From an uncultured virus (IMG/VR IMGVR_UViG_3300042569_001723) (lineage: Duplodnaviria; Heunggongvirae; Uroviricota; Caudoviricetes): DNA of 20,000 nt. Positions 8,576-16,587 of the stretch are shown here, piece by piece; the first letter of the stretch is position 1, and every line of letters starts with the position of its first letter. The notes beneath the pieces were generated by a model that worked only from the letters and a program-made list of their open reading frames with translations, made no database searches and was not told the origin of the DNA. The DNA is taken from positions 57,788 to 77,787 of the IMG/VR virus record IMGVR_UViG_3300042569_001723. One strand, written 5' to 3'. The position numbers and the translations under genes are program-made.

Positions 8576-9681
8576 TAAATAATTTTTTTAATAACTATCT
8601 TCATATTTCCAACCTCGTATTCGTCCGGCTCATAATATGGTAACGATAATCTTATTTTATTCAATATATACATGTCTTCATCCGTGAATGGATTCATCTC
8701 GTATACCATCACATCAACGGTGTCCTGTAGGGTAAATTTCGACCTTAAATCATAACGTGTATTCTTTTGTTCATTCTCTATGTAGTCCTCAGGAATCTCC
8801 CCTAAATCGATTTTATCGAAGTATGGTTCCACTTCACCCAATCTTGATTTGTTACGAGTTGTTAAACCCATTGAAAACGTTTTATATTTAAAATCTTTAT
8901 CTTCCCAATATCTTAATTCGTTGAATGAAGCAATTGATATACCCCACTTTCTTACAAAGTTTCTGTTTGAACAAATTTCTATTCTAAATCTATCGGTCTT
9001 CATTTCATCACTAAATCTGGATGTCTGCGAAACAAAATGATAAGTTATTGCTGAATCACAAGTTTTTAATTCATACCCTTTTAGTTTCGCACGAATTAAG
9101 AAATCATCATCCTCACAGAAACACGGAACAAAACTAAACCCGTCAAATCCACCAACATCTTCAAACATTTTTTTATATCCACTCATGAAGAATACTGCAC
9201 CATCATATAGGTTATCACTATCCTTCCATTGTTTAACGTAGTTGTTGAAGTGATAGTTATCAAAATTTAAAAATGACGAACCTAATTCTAGCAATACTTT
9301 ACCCGGTCTTTTATGACCTTTGAATATTGGGGGTTCAATTGTTGTATATGATAACAACATATTAGGTGTTAATAATCTTTCGATTGCCTCTAAGAATCCT
9401 TCACCAATAACCATATCGTTATGTATCAATACTAATTTTTCAGTATCGACTAATTTAATACCAGCATTGTATGTGTCAGAGAATGTTAATCTATCATCAT
9501 CGTGAAGATAAGATAGGTAGTCATCATCTTCTAATGATTCCAACCATTCCTTTGTACCATCACTTGAACCACCGCTACTAATTACTAATGGGGCTTCGGG
9601 ATATAAGTCGCGTAAGTAACGATAACATTCTTTTGTTAACTCTAGCTTATTATACACTGCCATTACAAATGTTATGTTCAT
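8575..9681 (-). CDS. Glycosyltransferase family 2 (GT-A)
   Basis: ITFVMAVYN, GSSDGT, YNAGI, LIHNDM, VGGFD...CEDDDFLIRA. Confidence 0.88.
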   Translation of the reverse strand: MNITFVMAVYNKLELTKECYRYLRDLYPEAPLVISSGGSSDGTKEWLESLEDDDYLSYLHDDDRLTFSDTYNAGIKLVDTEKLVLIHNDMVIGEGFLEAIERLLTPNMLLSYTTIEPPIFKGHKRPGKVLLELGSSFLNFDNYHFNNYVKQWKDSDNLYDGAVFFMSGYKKMFEDVGGFDGFSFVPCFCEDDDFLIRAKLKGYELKTCDSAITYHFVSQTSRFSDEMKTDRFRIEICSNRNFVRKWGISIASFNELRYWEDKDFKYKTFSMGLTTRNKSRLGEVEPYFDKIDLGEIPEDYIENEQKNTRYDLRSKFTLQDTVDVMVYEMNPFTDEDMYILNKIRLSLPYYEPDEYEVGNMKIVIKKII

Positions 9682-10220
9682 CTTAATGAATTATATGTTG
9701 AGAGAACTTTGGGTATAAAAATGGTTGATGATGATTTAGAATAACATTCTTCAGCAAAATAACCATCGGCATTATAATCACCTACTATAAAAGAAGTCTC
9801 ACCTATTATTGACCTTTTAACTATAAAATTATGACTATCGATATTATATAATCTTATTACATTTCCCTTTAATCTTAAATTATGATTTTTATCCTCTTGT
9901 TCAAATGATATGAAATCATCATCCAAGTCTTTTATATTATCCCATAAATTTGGGTGTATAATTGTATCATCATCATTAGAATAGATGTGTCCATCATTTA
10001 TTAAACTTAAGGCATAATTTCTTTGTGAATGCCCCGCAATACTTAATTTGTTACGATGTAGATGTGTTTCACAATTTAAAGGTATTAATTCGGATGGTGG
10101 TAATGCATCCATATCAAAAACAACAATCCATCGATAGTTTTCTCTCGGTATGTTTATACTTTTAGAAATTTCTAGTAGATTTTTAGGTCGACTACAGGGA
10201 GTTATTATATTTAAAAACAT
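9678..10220 (-). CDS. Short GT2-like glycosyltransferase
   Basis: IITPCSRP, WIVVFD, GHSQRNYAL, YSNDDD (DxD-like), YNADGYF. Confidence 0.72.
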   Translation of the reverse strand: MFLNIITPCSRPKNLLEISKSINIPRENYRWIVVFDMDALPPSELIPLNCETHLHRNKLSIAGHSQRNYALSLINDGHIYSNDDDTIIHPNLWDNIKDLDDDFISFEQEDKNHNLRLKGNVIRLYNIDSHNFIVKRSIIGETSFIVGDYNADGYFAEECYSKSSSTIFIPKVLSTYNSLR

Positions 10221-10221
10221 A

Positions 10222-10770
10222 TTATTTTATAAGTTTAATCCAACTAGTGTCAGAGAACGTTGTGTCTGGTTCACCTAACAATTCATTAACACCTTTTACT
10301 ACACCACCCCAGTTTACGTGGTAATCATGACCACCAATTAAACAGTTAGGTTTAAGTAAAGGAAGATAATTCGTTATATCTTTTTTTATTTGTTCATAGG
10401 TATGTAATCCATCAATATAAATAAAATCAACCGACATACCTATTAATGATTCTATTGCATCATCAGACGTCATTCTGATATGTTTGATATTATTATTTCG
10501 GTCAACTACCTCTTTAAATGTATCATAAACTTTTTCTAATTTCATATAACTACAAGTTATATCATTTGGGTCATAATCATTAATGTAGGGGTCAATTGAA
10601 ATAACTGTCTCAAATTCATTAGAGAACATTTGTGTAGATTCTCCAGCATATGAACCAATCTCAATCATAGTCATTTTTTTAGTATCTCCATGTTGTTTAA
10701 CATATTGAATTAAATCCTCCAAACCTTTTGCGTATGTTTCATCACGCATTGTATATAATCTATCTACCAT
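10222..10770 (-). CDS. Class I SAM-dependent methyltransferase (Methyltransf_24-like)
   Basis: MIEIGSYAGES, ISIDPY, DFIYIDGLHTYE, LKPNCLIGGHDY. Confidence 0.88.
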   Translation of the reverse strand: MVDRLYTMRDETYAKGLEDLIQYVKQHGDTKKMTMIEIGSYAGESTQMFSNEFETVISIDPYINDYDPNDITCSYMKLEKVYDTFKEVVDRNNNIKHIRMTSDDAIESLIGMSVDFIYIDGLHTYEQIKKDITNYLPLLKPNCLIGGHDYHVNWGGVVKGVNELLGEPDTTFSDTSWIKLIK

Positions 10771-11381
10771 AATTTCTTATTTAATAATGTTTCGTGTGGA
10801 AATACCGAACCATTTGTATAATCATTAAAATTTGTTATTATTCTATTTGGGTAATTGTTAATCATATCTATATCTTTTATAAATATTGACACGTAATCGC
10901 ACCATATGTCGGTACCCCCACCACTTGTATATTGTTCAAGTACTGCAGTATTCATTCCATTACGTCTTGACCAATTAGATAATGCATTACCACTATCAGG
11001 AAAGAATCTCCAACAATCGACTGGAAATCTATGAAAATCACCATTTGATGGAGCGTTTAAATAAAACAGTCCAGAAGGTTTCAATACTCTCATAACTTCC
11101 ATATATGTTAACCAAAAAAATTCACTATGTTCAAAACAAGATGAACTAACAACAAAGTCAAATGAATTATCACCAAATGGCAAAACATATGGGTCAGTTA
11201 AAACAATATCAACACCGGGGCCGGCACCTAAATCAACACCCACATAGTTAGAACCATTCGGTGCTAATGACCGTATGTTAAAACTACTTAGATATGATCC
11301 TATTTCTAAAAAATTACCGTTTTTATTATTAACATAAGTGTTAAAAAATCTTCTTGCGTTTTGTTCTGCTGTAGCGTGCAT
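10764..11381 (-). CDS. Class I SAM-dependent methyltransferase (Methyltransf_11-like)
   Basis: FLEIGS, YVGVDL..GPGVDIV, LPFGDNSFDFVVSSSCFEH, RVLKPSG, H.FPVDCWRF. Confidence 0.88.
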   Translation of the reverse strand: MHATAEQNARRFFNTYVNNKNGNFLEIGSYLSSFNIRSLAPNGSNYVGVDLGAGPGVDIVLTDPYVLPFGDNSFDFVVSSSCFEHSEFFWLTYMEVMRVLKPSGLFYLNAPSNGDFHRFPVDCWRFFPDSGNALSNWSRRNGMNTAVLEQYTSGGGTDIWCDYVSIFIKDIDMINNYPNRIITNFNDYTNGSVFPHETLLNKKLW

Positions 11382-11382
11382 A

Positions 11383-11964
11383 TTAATTGTGTATATATAA
11401 TACTTTATGTATTTTAATTATTTGTATATAAGGAAATTTTACCTTAAATTCTTCAACATAAACCCCATCTGCTTGTTCAATTGACGGATTTAATCTCATT
11501 TGTTTAGCAAATTTTCTTTTAATCATAAAATTTCCAATATCGATTTTACCCCACGAAGGTTCACAATCTATACCAATATACTCAAAATTTTTCCAATTAT
11601 GAACCATATTACAAAATACAAATCCCACTTTTTCACTAACAACAGATAAAAAAGTATCAACGAATACTGGAACATAGTAATTATCTTCACCTGTCATAAC
11701 AATCCAATCTTCCGTTGAATGTTCTACACCATAATTTCTAGGGGTGTGACCCCAATCATTATAACGTTCAGGTAAAATTGTAAATTTTATCTTTTCATTA
11801 TCCTTAAAATAATCCATAACTTTATCCAATGAACCTTCAGGAGGACAATCGGCAATAACATGTGCACACCACTTGTCACTTCTTTGTGCACAAAGTGAAT
11901 TAAGAAGACACATCAAATGGTGTGGTCTATTGTATGTTGGTATAATAAATTCTATTTTACTCAT
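11383..11964 (-). CDS. Glycosyltransferase family 2-like
   Basis: FIIPTYNRP, WGHTPRNYG, WIVMTGEDNYY, IDIGNF, ADGVY. Confidence 0.8.
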   Translation of the reverse strand: MSKIEFIIPTYNRPHHLMCLLNSLCAQRSDKWCAHVIADCPPEGSLDKVMDYFKDNEKIKFTILPERYNDWGHTPRNYGVEHSTEDWIVMTGEDNYYVPVFVDTFLSVVSEKVGFVFCNMVHNWKNFEYIGIDCEPSWGKIDIGNFMIKRKFAKQMRLNPSIEQADGVYVEEFKVKFPYIQIIKIHKVLYIHN

Positions 11965-11972
11965 ATAATATC

Positions 11973-12596
11973 TTAAATTGATTGATAAAAATTATTTTGT
12001 TTTTCTTGACGTTCTATTGTTTTATGGTGTTGAATAAAATAATCATCGTCATCTGTTGGTAACGATGCGAATTTTTGACCGCCAATTATTCTTTCATGTA
12101 CACGACCATACCAAGTCATTCCCTTTTTGTAAATTCTTCCCTGAGCATCCGGAAAGTTAACCCACCCCTTATCGTTTACATGCCACCCCCATTTTCTAAT
12201 ATGATTATCGGTTAAACCCTCAACAGTGTTTATTCTTGGGACAAATATTAAATCCACATCAGGATTCATTCCTAATATATCGTGCAAATTTTTAACCATA
12301 TATTCACTAATCATTTCATCAGCATCAATTTGGTAAATGTAATCACCAGCACAATATTCGTTTAAAGTATTTTTCCAATCTGCGAAATTGTTATTCCAAT
12401 CAAAACCTCTCCATGTTTGAACGTTAGGTAATTTATTGTATGGTAATAAGAAATCTAATATTTCTTTGTTACCATTCTTGTCATCATATAGAATCACAAT
12501 CTCGTCCTGAGACCTTTTGTGTTTCAATAAGAACGGAACTAATCTCTTGATTTCCTCCAACTCGTTGCAAACTGTTATGGCGAAACTTATCTTCAT
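11973..12596 (-). CDS. Glycosyltransferase family 2
   Basis: ISFAITVCNE, FADWKN, GDYIYQIDADE (DxD), VPRIN, FPDAQGRIY, W.GRVHE. Confidence 0.85.
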   Translation of the reverse strand: MKISFAITVCNELEEIKRLVPFLLKHKRSQDEIVILYDDKNGNKEILDFLLPYNKLPNVQTWRGFDWNNNFADWKNTLNEYCAGDYIYQIDADEMISEYMVKNLHDILGMNPDVDLIFVPRINTVEGLTDNHIRKWGWHVNDKGWVNFPDAQGRIYKKGMTWYGRVHERIIGGQKFASLPTDDDDYFIQHHKTIERQEKQNNFYQSI

Positions 12597-12687
12597 ATTT
12601 TTGTTTATTTTCTTTTAATGTTAATTCTTCACATTTCCAACACCACTCCCTATCTTCCGTGTCCCAATTATGTCTTTCACATCTCAT
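12484..12687 (-). CDS. Small protein with a CxxH...CxxC motif (putative zinc-binding)
   Basis: MRCERH...WCWKC; its ATG overlaps the upstream TGA (ATGA at 12687-12684). The C-terminal tail overlaps the GT2 start by 113 nt. Confidence 0.5.
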   Translation of the reverse strand: MRCERHNWDTEDREWCWKCEELTLKENKQKYEDKFRHNSLQRVGGNQEISSVLIETQKVSGRDCDSI

Positions 12688-12926
12688 GCTACATTATTGT
12701 TAAAACCGATAATCGGACCCCCAAATATCGATGGATTCCCACCATTAATTCTTCTTGTTAATTCCTCAATAATGTTATTGTCAATTTCTCTAGCAATTTC
12801 ATTAGACATCAATCTTGTTAATTCTTCTTCTGCGTCGATACCAAACAACTCTCCCTCTTGATGAGTCCATGTCGCAGTTAAACTACTCCTAATTACCCCA
12901 TGAAAAAATTTAAAATTTTTAACCAT
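12684..12926 (-). CDS. 80-aa protein resembling a fragment of a T4 gp23-type major capsid protein
   Basis: Likely start is the ATG at 12926 (MVKNFKFFHG), which overlaps the upstream gene by only 8 nt. Its core is RSSLTATWT...FGIDAEEELTRLMSNEIAREIDNNIIEEL. Confidence 0.6.
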   Translation of the reverse strand: MVKNFKFFHGVIRSSLTATWTHQEGELFGIDAEEELTRLMSNEIAREIDNNIIEELTRRINGGNPSIFGGPIIGFNNNVA

Positions 12927-13164
12927 TTTGTATTTCTCTTGCGAATAATTTAAAAACTTTATTATTATCATTGAACGTCATGTTGGTGTTGGTTGTTGGA
13001 CTTAAATGAATACTACATTCATTAGGACCAGTTGCAAATACAATTGGTTCCTCATCACCAAATTGAAAACAAAACTCAACATTTTGTGGATTAAATCTTG
13101 TAGGTTCTAACACAATAAAATTATTATGTTTTAATTCCTCCTTTTGAAAAAATTTAAAGTTCAT
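12919..13164 (-). CDS. Hypothetical protein, paralog of 13167..13442
   Basis: EFCFQFGDEEPIVFAT...F.D..KVFKLFAR matches its neighbour. Confidence 0.7.
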   Translation of the reverse strand: MNFKFFQKEELKHNNFIVLEPTRFNPQNVEFCFQFGDEEPIVFATGPNECSIHLSPTTNTNMTFNDNNKVFKLFAREIQNG

Positions 13165-13166
13165 TA

Positions 13167-13442
13167 CTATTTTTTTGGTCTTGCAAATAATTTAAATGTT
13201 TTACCCGATGTTGGGTCTGTAAACTTAATATAACCTTCGTTAGTATTTTGTATTCTAATAATAACTTCTGGTGATTCTACAGTTTCATCTGCGGTTGTAA
13301 ATAATTGTGGTTCATCATTATCAAATTGAATCACCCATTCACATGGCATGTATGTTTCAATTTTTGGTGTGTCGTCGATTGTTAATTTATCAATAACAGA
13401 TTGTAATAATTCATCCTTTATTTTTTTTCTACCTCTTGCCAT
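13167..13442 (-). CDS. Hypothetical protein, paralog of 12919..13164
   Basis: EWVIQFDNDEPQLFTT...FTD...KTFKLFAR; 1-2 nt gaps to both neighbours. Confidence 0.72.
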   Translation of the reverse strand: MARGRKKIKDELLQSVIDKLTIDDTPKIETYMPCEWVIQFDNDEPQLFTTADETVESPEVIIRIQNTNEGYIKFTDPTSGKTFKLFARPKK

Positions 13443-13443
13443 A

Positions 13444-14694
13444 TTATTTAGTTTTTGTTAATTTAGGTAGAACTAATTTTTGTTCCTGTGGTTTAGTTTG
13501 GAATAATTGAAACATATCTTTAAATGTTTCTCTCATTTTATCTAACGAAAACTTTTCTTTATTTTCAATCCTTAAAGTTTCTGATTTTTCTAAGAATTTA
13601 TTATAATCTTCATGCACTAATTTCATCACCTCCGAAGCCTCATTATAATTTGCGGTAAACCACTTAGAACCTTTAATAATAAACGTATCAACCGCACTAT
13701 TATCAACTTCAGTTAATGACCCACCGACCATGATTGCCTTATCCATAGGTAAGAAATCTTTATGACCTGACCAATTAGATGCTATCACAGGTTTACCTGA
13801 CATAGTGAATTCTAATAGAGGTCTACCAAACCCTTCACCTTTAGTTAATGATATCATTGCTTTAATCTTTGGATGATTATATAATTGATTCATTTCATCG
13901 TTAGTTAATTCACCAAACAACAAATAAATTGGAGGTGGATTTTTAATGTCTTTAACTAAATCACTAATACGTTTTCTGAAAGATTCTCTTTCCTTAACTG
14001 AAAATGTTGCTGAAGATGTTTTAAGAACTAAAGCCGGTGGATTTTCAACGTCCTCAAATGATTTACTAAAACATTTAATTAACATACCGATGTCTTTTCT
14101 ATCTTGACCAAGATTACCTTTTAACCAATGACCAACGAAAAGAAATGCGAACTCCTCTTTAATATCAATATCTAAACCTTTGTACTCGTTATTGTAAATT
14201 GACAAATCAACACCTTCAAACAAAACCTTAATTGGTTTTTCAATCTTATGTTGTTTAATTAATTTACCCGTGTTGTTTTCCGTTTCATTGTAAACGGTAG
14301 ATAACAATACATCTTTCGAAAATGTGGATGTTGTAACAATTAAATCCATTTTATTGCACCCATCAATCCATTCTTTAGGTGCAACGGTAGTTTCAATTCC
14401 AGCAGTTATCCCTACGTTGAATTTACCTAATGTTTGAAATTCATTTGGTACTGTAACTTGAACATAGATGTCTGGTCTATGTTCTATTCTTGTTACAATT
14501 ACGCTTTCAATCCATTTGTGAAATGTATTTTCTTCTTCTAATGCCGTTAATGGAGTTGATCCCCACATACAACTATCAACATTAATATCGAATAGATTCA
14601 TTTCATACAGTGCTTGTAATAAATCTCTTGAGTGTGCGCCGTACCCACTTCTTGTTTTTACCGGCCCTCTAAATAATAAACTTGGTTTGCTCAT
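13444..14694 (-). CDS. Glycosyltransferase family 4 (GT-B)
   Basis: SGYGAHSRD, FLFVGHW...DRKDIG, KGEGFGRPLLEFTMSGKPVIASNWSGH (E-x7-E motif). Confidence 0.88.
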   Translation of the reverse strand: MSKPSLLFRGPVKTRSGYGAHSRDLLQALYEMNLFDINVDSCMWGSTPLTALEEENTFHKWIESVIVTRIEHRPDIYVQVTVPNEFQTLGKFNVGITAGIETTVAPKEWIDGCNKMDLIVTTSTFSKDVLLSTVYNETENNTGKLIKQHKIEKPIKVLFEGVDLSIYNNEYKGLDIDIKEEFAFLFVGHWLKGNLGQDRKDIGMLIKCFSKSFEDVENPPALVLKTSSATFSVKERESFRKRISDLVKDIKNPPPIYLLFGELTNDEMNQLYNHPKIKAMISLTKGEGFGRPLLEFTMSGKPVIASNWSGHKDFLPMDKAIMVGGSLTEVDNSAVDTFIIKGSKWFTANYNEASEVMKLVHEDYNKFLEKSETLRIENKEKFSLDKMRETFKDMFQLFQTKPQEQKLVLPKLTKTK

Positions 14695-14695
14695 A

Positions 14696-16045
14696 TTATA
14701 CTATCTTATATAAATCGAATCTTTTTCTCGGTTTAAAGTTATTTAATGTTTTTTCTATTCCCTCAATAAAAGTATCTGACATTACTTTAGAAGATAAGTT
14801 CTTCTTCATAAATTCTCTACCTTTCTTTCCTCTTTCTTTTCTTTCTTTACGTCCCCATTTATATACTGTCATAATTGCATCTGCAACATCATCGTCATTA
14901 ACCCTATCATCAAAGATATAAGGTGTTGGTACCGATCCATTTAAATTAGTTGCTGCGGCCCAAACAGGTATAACCCAATCACCATGTGGTGTCCCTTTAG
15001 ATTTGTGCAACGTCCCAACCTCAATATAATCATCAGCACTAAAATTAAATCCACATTGATCTTGTAGACCTCCTGTCACGCTAACAATAATTGGTGTACC
15101 TGCCATTAATGATTCTGCGGTCGTTAATCCAAACCCCTCATTATTTGCAATGTTGATTGTACAATCAACAATGTTATATAAATCATTTAATTTGTCTTGT
15201 TCTAATTTAGCGTTGGTAAATTTAACATCGTAGTTAGGACATAACTCATTAATTACTGCATTTAAATCTGTACCATTCTCATCCACGGGATTGGTGTGCA
15301 TCAATAACAAACATTTATCAGATTCTTTTTTAGGTAAACTGTCACAGAATAATTTAAATGAATAAATCACATCAGATGGTTGTTTTCTTCTAATGTTTCT
15401 ATTGTTATAGAATAGAATGAAATCATATTTCTTATCACCATGAATAAGTTTAGATAATTCTTCATCCACTTTCTTAACTGGTTTAAACACATCAGGATTG
15501 ATTCCATGAGGAACGTAACTAATTTGCCAATCTTCCAATGGTTTATGTGTAACTTCCCTTGTGGTTTTACCAACACGATGAACGATACCATAGGTTTGTT
15601 TAGAGATACAACCTAACCAATCACAACATTCATAGTAATCTCTATTGTAATATGGGTCAGGTAAGTTATCCCAAATATGATAAAATAAAATTGGGACTTG
15701 TTGTCTAATCTCATGTTCGTTATCATATAACCATTGCCAATAGTGCGGGTCCGTGAAATGTAAAATTGCATCTGGTTTCTCTTCAGCGATTAATTTTCTT
15801 AATATACCAATATCACCATAACCATTATATGGTATAATTTTTAAATTGGCATCTTTAATACCGGTTCTTTTTCTAACATCATCATTGATGTCAACTATCT
15901 TACCAAGTTCTGGATGTTTAATTGCCGCACCTAATTGAATCCAATCATATTTGTGAATGGTTCCTAAAACGAATTCTTTGGACATAGTGGCAATACCACT
16001 TGTCATTCTTAAATCATCTGATAATAAAAGTATTTTTTTCTTCAT
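14696..16045 (-). CDS. Glycosyltransferase family 4 (GT-B)
   Basis: ILLLSDD...SG, YVPHGI, NRNIRRKQ, NEGFGLTTAESLMAGTPII...TGGLQDQ (E-x7-E motif). Confidence 0.9.
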   Translation of the reverse strand: MKKKILLLSDDLRMTSGIATMSKEFVLGTIHKYDWIQLGAAIKHPELGKIVDINDDVRKRTGIKDANLKIIPYNGYGDIGILRKLIAEEKPDAILHFTDPHYWQWLYDNEHEIRQQVPILFYHIWDNLPDPYYNRDYYECCDWLGCISKQTYGIVHRVGKTTREVTHKPLEDWQISYVPHGINPDVFKPVKKVDEELSKLIHGDKKYDFILFYNNRNIRRKQPSDVIYSFKLFCDSLPKKESDKCLLLMHTNPVDENGTDLNAVINELCPNYDVKFTNAKLEQDKLNDLYNIVDCTINIANNEGFGLTTAESLMAGTPIIVSVTGGLQDQCGFNFSADDYIEVGTLHKSKGTPHGDWVIPVWAAATNLNGSVPTPYIFDDRVNDDDVADAIMTVYKWGRKERKERGKKGREFMKKNLSSKVMSDTFIEGIEKTLNNFKPRKRFDLYKIV

Positions 16046-16046
16046 A

Positions 16047-16244
16047 TTAAAATTTAGACCCTGTTGTTGCTAAACCATTGTGGTTGTTTATTAAATTTCT
16101 AAAGTTTTCATCTTTAGAATATAAATCTAAAGAACGATTTACTAATTTTTGTAGATTCATTGAACCTTCAATCGATTTAATTTTAAACCTTTTGTAAACA
16201 TCATCTAAAATGTTAACACTAGTTAATTTTGTATCTGCTTTCAT
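16047..16244 (-). CDS. Putative ribbon-helix-helix DNA-binding protein heading the glycosylation operon
   Basis: 65 aa with a short alternating strand KLTSVNI, then helix DDVYKRFKIKS, a turn, and helix LQKLVNRSLDLY. Confidence 0.6.
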   Translation of the reverse strand: MKADTKLTSVNILDDVYKRFKIKSIEGSMNLQKLVNRSLDLYSKDENFRNLINNHNGLATTGSKF

Positions 16245-16280
16245 ATTGTTTTATATATATTAGTATATACTTAAATGATT

Positions 16281-16307
16281 AAAAAATATCGTCAATTAAG
16301 ACGATAC
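16281..16307 (-). terminator. Putative intrinsic terminator downstream of the MGCGCKK ORF
   Basis: Minus strand reads GTATCGTC-ttaatt-GACGATA-TTTTTT (7-bp perfect stem plus U-tract), 27 nt after the stop at 16335. Confidence 0.6.
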
Positions 16308-16334
16308 TTCATTTAATCGTTAATATATACGATA

Positions 16335-16499
16335 TTATTGATTATTTAAACGGTCAATGATGTCATTAACTTCCGTTTGATTAGTTGTTGGTGCCGGTGC
16401 TGGTTGTGTAACCACAGGCGTTCCTGTTTCGGTTAATGTAATGTTCGTTGGTTGAACCGGTTGTGAGTTAGAATTGTTTTTTTTGCATCCGCAGCCCAT
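16335..16499 (-). CDS. Small protein (54 aa) MGCGCKKNNSNSQPVQPTNITLTETGTPVVTQPAPAPTTNQTEVNDIIDRLNNQ
   Basis: Read by hand (not in the ORF track). It has an A-rich leader with an upstream TATTTATA motif and a downstream terminator. Confidence 0.65.
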   Translation of the reverse strand: MGCGCKKNNSNSQPVQPTNITLTETGTPVVTQPAPAPTTNQTEVNDIIDRLNNQ

Positions 16500-16522
16500 A
16501 GTATTTCTTTTTTTATAAATAT

Positions 16523-16554
16523 TTTGGTTTATTGTTTTTTATTTCTTATATTTT
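16523..16554 (+). promoter_or_regulatory. Putative Bacteroidota-type promoter TTTG-N20-TATATTTT
   Basis: One mismatch from the TTTG-N19-21-TAnnTTTG consensus; lies upstream of the ATG at 16588. Confidence 0.55.
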
Positions 16555-16587
16555 ACTAAAGTATACAAAAAAAATATTAAAAAACAA

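Noticed and set aside
12927..12971. Longer N-terminus for the capsid-like ORF (start at 12971)
   Set aside because: It would overlap the upstream gene by 53 nt; the ATG at 12926 has an A-rich leader and gives the shared NFKFF start.
7730..16045. Bacterial LPS/capsule locus (cellular origin)
   Set aside because: No wzx, wzy, wzm or priming transferase, and it is flanked by phage fibre genes, micro-ORFs and a capsid-like fragment.
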